From Christensenellales bacterium (GTDB lineage: Bacteria; Bacillota; Clostridia; Christensenellales; UMGS416), in NCBI GenBank assembly GCA_050942555.1, contig JBMNNN010000002.1, positions 1-41,482 of the forward strand: a DNA stretch of 41,482 nt, read 5' to 3'. How positions within the stretch are numbered: position 1 is the first letter of the stretch; every line of letters begins with the position of its first letter. The notes beneath the pieces were generated by a model. The model did not search any database. It was not told where the DNA came from and saw only the letters and a program-made list of their open reading frames with translations. Below, in pieces: positions 37,492-41,482 of this stretch. The translations under genes were made by a program, and so were the position numbers.

Positions 37492-38165
37492 CTAGCCGGT
37501 TACCTCGCCCGAGAAGGAAACTATGTTCACTTCGCTGACGCCTATCTCGCTGTTGCCCGAAAAGAACTCTACCAGTACGTACGGGCGGTGCTTTTTCAGG
37601 TAGACCTCGTATGTCATCTCCATCGAGTCGAAGCTGCTGCTGTGCATGCGTAGCTTGTGTTTTATGCCGAACTTCCTGAGCGCGTCCTCGGCGGCCTGCT
37701 GGCGTATGCTGCCGCCCCTGAGCACCAGAAGGTAGCAGCAGTCGGAAAAGACCGCCTTGCTGAACAGGAACAGGAAAACGGCGATGAATATACTGCCCAC
37801 GACTGCGATCAGGAAAGCGCCCGTTCCCGCCGAAAGCCCCACGCTGATCGCCCAAAAAAGGAAGGTGAGATCACGGGGTTCCTTGATCGCGCTGCGGAAG
37901 CGTACGATGGAAGCGCGCCGACCATGCCCAGAGAAATGGCCAGATTGCTTCCTATCAGCATGATAACCATGGCGGTGATCATCGCGACGGCTACGATGGA
38001 GACATTAAAGCCCAGCGAATACAGCACCCCGGTGAATGTCTTTTTGTATACGAAAAAGATAAACATACCAAGGAGCGTGGTGACAGCCATATTAAGCGCG
38101 ATGGTTTCCAGCGTATATACGCTTGCGCCGTCTACGAGATAACGAAAAAGATCGACATCGTTCAT
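37492..38165 (-). pseudogene. DUF4956-family polytopic membrane protein, split by a 1-nt frameshift
   Basis: Track ORFs 37809-38165 and 37492-37842 are the two halves. Shifting frame at about 37909-37913 (plus-strand GGAAG, where GGAAAG would restore the frame) gives a continuous ...NLAISLGMVGAL-SIVRFRSAIKEPRDLTFLFWAISVGLSAGTGAFLIAVV..., which matches the family core. RBS AGGAGG precedes the ATG at 38165. Confidence 0.7.
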
Positions 38166-38178
38166 CCTTCTTATCCTC

Positions 38179-38889
38179 CTAAATATGTATTGACTGCCGG
38201 CATATACTGTATTTGCTGATCGAAGTAACCGGCAGGCTCACTACGGAAAGAATCCTGCTTATGAAAACAGGGATTGCGTTGCGGTACTTTACCTCCAGAA
38301 TACAGCGGGCATCGCGCATCGCGTTTATGGAGGGTACGCTTTTATCAAAAAGGCGCGCGGTATCCGCGGATGCCCGCAAATCCCTGTCGATCGTGATGCG
38401 TATATTTTCAAAGGGCAGCTCGAAGGCCTGCCGCTTATAGTCGATGAGAAGGATCGGCCTTAGCTGCTCCAGATGGAAGAGAGTATAGAATTTACCGGCC
38501 GCGCCGTGCGAAACCGGCGGGAGAAAGGCGCAGTCGTTCCTGCTGAGCCTGATGGCGTCCTGTCTGCCCAGCGGCATGCTCTCCTTGCACACGTACGCGC
38601 CCCGTTTGCACTTGTGCTCGAGCATCGCGACATCTGTGTCGGTATCGTAGATGCGCAGGCGAATCTTCCTGCGCTCGGAATAGCCGTTCAGCTTGTCGTA
38701 ATAGTCGCGGTTGCCGGGCGTATCGAAATACAGGCTTCGGATCCAGTACTGTCCGTCCGGCCCGGCATGCCTGTCCACGCGCATTACCCGCCGGAAATAC
38801 TGTGCGAGCATATATGCCTCGCGCTCGCTTATATAGCATTTGCATTCATGCCGGTATACCTCAGATCCCTTCTTTGTACGCTCAAGCAT
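38179..38889 (-). CDS. VTC-domain protein (polyphosphate polymerase / triphosphate-tunnel fold)
   Basis: YRHECKCYI, IRSLYFDT, RRKIRLRIY, LEHKCK, IDYKRQAF, IRITIDRDL and ILEVKY are present. This is the alternating charged beta-strand pattern of the CYTH/VTC tunnel. RBS AGGGAG is present. Confidence 0.7.
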   Translation of the reverse strand: MLERTKKGSEVYRHECKCYISEREAYMLAQYFRRVMRVDRHAGPDGQYWIRSLYFDTPGNRDYYDKLNGYSERRKIRLRIYDTDTDVAMLEHKCKRGAYVCKESMPLGRQDAIRLSRNDCAFLPPVSHGAAGKFYTLFHLEQLRPILLIDYKRQAFELPFENIRITIDRDLRASADTARLFDKSVPSINAMRDARCILEVKYRNAIPVFISRILSVVSLPVTSISKYSICRQSIHI

Positions 38890-38907
38890 AACCGGTACTC
38901 CCTGCCT

Positions 38908-40251
38908 TCATGACAGTGTATATTCATTGTTAGTCCTGCTCAGCTTATCCCAGTGCGTTCTTTTCATCAGGTATGAGGCGGTGCCCTTAATAAAATAGCT
39001 GATCCGCAGAAAGCTGAATACGACAAGGTCCATGAACGCACCCAGATATAGCGGACTCGTTTTGCTCCTCAGGCGGTATCGATCCGCGGCATCCTGCGTC
39101 ACGCGAAAGAAATGCGGACCCCGTTCAGCGGCTCTGTGTATCGCCACCAGCGAATTTATGATATTAAACAGCACCGCAAGCCCGGAAAATACGATGAAAA
39201 GCGGCGCGATGCCGACATATAAGCGTATGGCGAGCAGCAGGCAGTTGGTAAGGAAAATCATGACGGCCATGGTGCTGCTGAAACTCGCATCTGCAATCAT
39301 GAGAAAGCATACGCTGGTTCGGAAGAATTGCTTCAATAGAAAATGCCTGTTGTGCACGACCGCATCCCAAAATGCTTTCTGCCACCGAACGCGCTGCCGT
39401 CTGAGATCCTTCCAGGTCTGCGGGCACTCGGTATAGCATATCGCGTCCATCGTATAGGAAATTACCTTCTTGTGTTTTTTCGCGTATGCCTGCAGGCGTA
39501 TCGTGATATCGATATCCTCGCCAAGACCGTTCCTGAACCCGCCCACTTCGATCAGCGCGGTTTTTCTGAATACGCCGAACGCGCCTGAAATAATATTGAG
39601 CGCATTGTTCACCGACAGCGAGGGCTTGTATATATAAAACCCCTTGATATAGTCGAGCGCCTGCAGCGCGATGATCGGGGACATCCCCCTATCCATCAGG
39701 AAATACTGCATCACATGGATTGCGCCGCCCGAGGCTATGACTTCCTCGTCCTGAAAAACGCAGTTCATAATGTGCAGCGCGTTTTTTTCCAGTACGCTGT
39801 CTCCGTCGAGCGTTACGATAATTTCACCGCGACTCAGCGCGATTCCCGCGTTCAGGCTGTCTGCCTTGCCGGTGTTGGGCTTATCTATCACATATATGTT
39901 CGAGTACTTTGCCGAGCGGTACGTCTGACCGTTCTCAGCGCTGTGAAAGTCCCCCCGCTTCCTGATAAAGGGCTTAAGCCTGAGCAACCGCTTAAGAATT
40001 GTCATGGTGTTGTCGGTGGAGCCATCGTTCACGAATATCGTTTCAAAGCTCTCATAATCGAGGCGCAAGACGCCCTTTAGCGTGTTCCTGAGTATCGGAG
40101 CCTCATTAAAGCAGGGTATGACGAGCGTAAAGCGCAGCATTTTTCGCGGTGTACGTTCCGGCTCCTTTCGATAATAAAAGGAGCATATGAAATGGAGTAT
40201 CGCAAAAAACGTGCTCAGAAACGTACATGCGGTAACAAAGGCAATGATCAT
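38908..40251 (-). CDS. processive family-2 glycosyltransferase (PgaC/IcaA/chitin-cellulose-synthase-like)
   Basis: VIPCFNE, VNDGSTD, TLDGDS, GEDIDIT and QRVRWQ (QxxRW) are present, with N- and C-terminal TM helices. The start is placed at the ATG at 40251 (MIIAFV), forming an ATGA overlap with the GH16 stop. The track ORF is open from 40284. Confidence 0.85.
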   Translation of the reverse strand: MIIAFVTACTFLSTFFAILHFICSFYYRKEPERTPRKMLRFTLVIPCFNEAPILRNTLKGVLRLDYESFETIFVNDGSTDNTMTILKRLLRLKPFIRKRGDFHSAENGQTYRSAKYSNIYVIDKPNTGKADSLNAGIALSRGEIIVTLDGDSVLEKNALHIMNCVFQDEEVIASGGAIHVMQYFLMDRGMSPIIALQALDYIKGFYIYKPSLSVNNALNIISGAFGVFRKTALIEVGGFRNGLGEDIDITIRLQAYAKKHKKVISYTMDAICYTECPQTWKDLRRQRVRWQKAFWDAVVHNRHFLLKQFFRTSVCFLMIADASFSSTMAVMIFLTNCLLLAIRLYVGIAPLFIVFSGLAVLFNIINSLVAIHRAAERGPHFFRVTQDAADRYRLRSKTSPLYLGAFMDLVVFSFLRISYFIKGTASYLMKRTHWDKLSRTNNEYTLS

Positions 40252-41123
40252 CGCAGCTGGCTCCATTCCGGCTCGATGGTCCATGACTCTATCGTAAAGG
40301 TCGCGGGAAATACTGTAGTTTTATCGGGAAGTCCAGGCCATGTGCCTCCCAGCGCCTGGTTGACGATGAGATACATCGGTTCGCTGGGAACGTATTTGGA
40401 GCTCTCAAGCATGCACTTTCCGTCAATGAACCAGCGCAGGCATTCCCGGGTCCATTCGAGTTCGATCAAATATGTATCCTTCTTTTCTACCTTCGTTTTG
40501 AAGTAATCGCGCTTCTGCACCGGGCCGTCCATATAGTGCACTACGCCATAGAACACGTCGGGCGCGCGGCCTATCATCTCGTATATATCAATTTCGGGTA
40601 AGGCTTTGTTCTCCACAGGCAGGAGCCAGATGGCGGGGAAGAGGCCCTTTCCCTTCGAAACGCTTATGACAAAGGAAAACCTGCCATACAGGAAAGCGCT
40701 CTCGCTTTCCACCATCCCCGAGGTGTAGCGCTTATCGCCCATTATTTCTTCTCTTGTCGTTATGACGATGCGCCCTTCATCAAGCGCAACGTTGCCCGGA
40801 CTATAATACTGAAGCTGACCGTCGAAGCTGTCGCTGCGCTCGATGATCCGCCATTGCGAAGCGATGGAAGGCGCTGAGGCGGACGGCTGGGCGCTGCTTG
40901 CTTTGCTTTGAGCCGGAGCGGGCCTGCCGGGCGGCCTGGTTACAGCGGTGTGCAGCCCGCCGCTTCGTGCAGTTGACGGGGAGTGGGCCTGTGCAGAGCT
41001 GTTCTGGTGCGCGGCGCGCTCCGATTTGATCGCGCCGATGCTTTCAATAATATAAAAGTAAAACACGCCGCAAAAAGCAAGCGCGCATATAGATATCATC
41101 AGGCATCTTAAGAATCTTTTCAT
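40248..41123 (-). CDS. membrane-anchored glycoside hydrolase family 16 protein
   Basis: N-terminal TM helix and a Ser/Ala/Pro-rich linker. The catalytic motif is PEIDIYE (ExDxxE), and the GH16 jelly-roll segment includes FPAIWLLP. Confidence 0.8.
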   Translation of the reverse strand: MKRFLRCLMISICALAFCGVFYFYIIESIGAIKSERAAHQNSSAQAHSPSTARSGGLHTAVTRPPGRPAPAQSKASSAQPSASAPSIASQWRIIERSDSFDGQLQYYSPGNVALDEGRIVITTREEIMGDKRYTSGMVESESAFLYGRFSFVISVSKGKGLFPAIWLLPVENKALPEIDIYEMIGRAPDVFYGVVHYMDGPVQKRDYFKTKVEKKDTYLIELEWTRECLRWFIDGKCMLESSKYVPSEPMYLIVNQALGGTWPGLPDKTTVFPATFTIESWTIEPEWSQLR

Positions 41124-41158
41124 AGTTAACGTCCCGCTTCAGTCTAATCATACTTATG

Positions 41159-41186
41159 ATTATTCATAGCGGAATATTCTTGTGAA
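41159..41186 (-). promoter_or_regulatory. weak candidate sigma-A promoter for the GH16-led operon
   Basis: The minus strand reads TTCACA-N16-AATAAT, about 35 nt upstream of the GH16 ATG. Confidence 0.25.
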
Positions 41187-41439
41187 TCGGAGCCGGATCT
41201 GTCCGGGTTGCGGGGTGCGCCGGTATATGCAGGAAACGTGTATATCCGCTATAATATAAGCCGCCGGTTACGTAGAAGAACGGATTGCACCGGAGCGCGA
41301 ATAAAATATACAGGGGCGGATTTCTGCGCAACCTATGCTTGACGCCCGTACAAAACGATTCGCAAACAGGGCGGTCTGAACGGTGTTAGTGTAAAATAGT
41401 TCTGGGTAAATAAGCAGGCATGACTACAGGTCCCGAAGG

Positions 41440-41471
41440 GAGCCTCCCGCCCCCGCGGGGGCGGGAGGCTC
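41440..41471. repeat. perfect GC-rich inverted repeat at the window edge
   Basis: GAGCCTCCCGCCCCC-GC-GGGGGCGGGAGGCTC, with 13-15 bp arms, followed by GAAAAAAGG. There is no U tract 3' of the stem on either strand. Confidence 0.6.
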
Positions 41472-41482
41472 GAAAAAAGGTG

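Noticed and set aside
37268-37855. 195-aa minus-strand ORF overlapping the CotH start and the DUF4956 3' half.
   Set aside because: It is an Arg/Gly-rich alternative frame with no RBS. The overlapping frames carry clear family signatures.
41440-41482. GC-rich perfect hairpin considered as a rho-independent terminator.
   Set aside because: The A-run follows the stem on the plus strand, so on the minus strand the T-run precedes it. Neither orientation has a 3' U tract. No gene ends nearby inside the window, and the window edge prevents further interpretation. It is kept only as an inverted repeat.
1-41482. Looked for CRISPR arrays, rRNA genes, IS elements with terminal inverted repeats and toxin-antitoxin or other compact defence modules.
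   Set aside because: I saw no regularly spaced direct repeats, no rRNA-like conserved tracts and no transposase-like ORFs. The only mobility gene is the recombinase relic. Eye-scanning is insensitive to diverged short repeats.

Overview
High-GC chromosomal segment (about 62-68% GC in spot-counted 60-nt lines) from an endospore-forming Firmicute, probably a Clostridia/Oscillospirales-type organism (spoIVA, tlp and Ku/LigD are present). Positions 1-32,100 are mostly tightly packed, translationally coupled housekeeping operons. They run in this order: KamA-family radical SAM plus citrate synthase; rbgA-rnhB-yraN; a 1283-aa double GT-C glycosyltransferase fusion; comM-dprA-trmFO-hslVU; degV; on the minus strand PDZ/radical-SAM(DUF512)-der-plsY and spoIVA; a split-LigD/Ku NHEJ module beside the spore protein gene tlp and a small Cys-rich ORF; and rimP-nusA-rnpM-ylxQ-infB-rbfA-nrnA-truB-ribF. 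Next come tRNA-Thr(CGT) and tRNA-Pro(CGG). Immediately downstream of tRNA-Pro the composition drops to about 45-57% GC (lower in spacers) and the content becomes accessory. The first part is a decayed integrative-element remnant: a frameshifted, internally deleted large serine recombinase, two tiny hydrophobic ORFs and an XRE regulator. The second part is the most interesting feature, a six-gene minus-strand envelope operon at 34,250-41,123. It encodes a membrane-anchored GH16, a processive GT2 synthase, a VTC-type polyphosphate-polymerase domain protein, a DUF4956 membrane protein (frameshifted here), a secreted LTD-CotH kinase and a CE4 deacetylase. I saw no rRNA genes and no CRISPR arrays. 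All functional calls rest on motif and family recognition by eye, and no searches were run.
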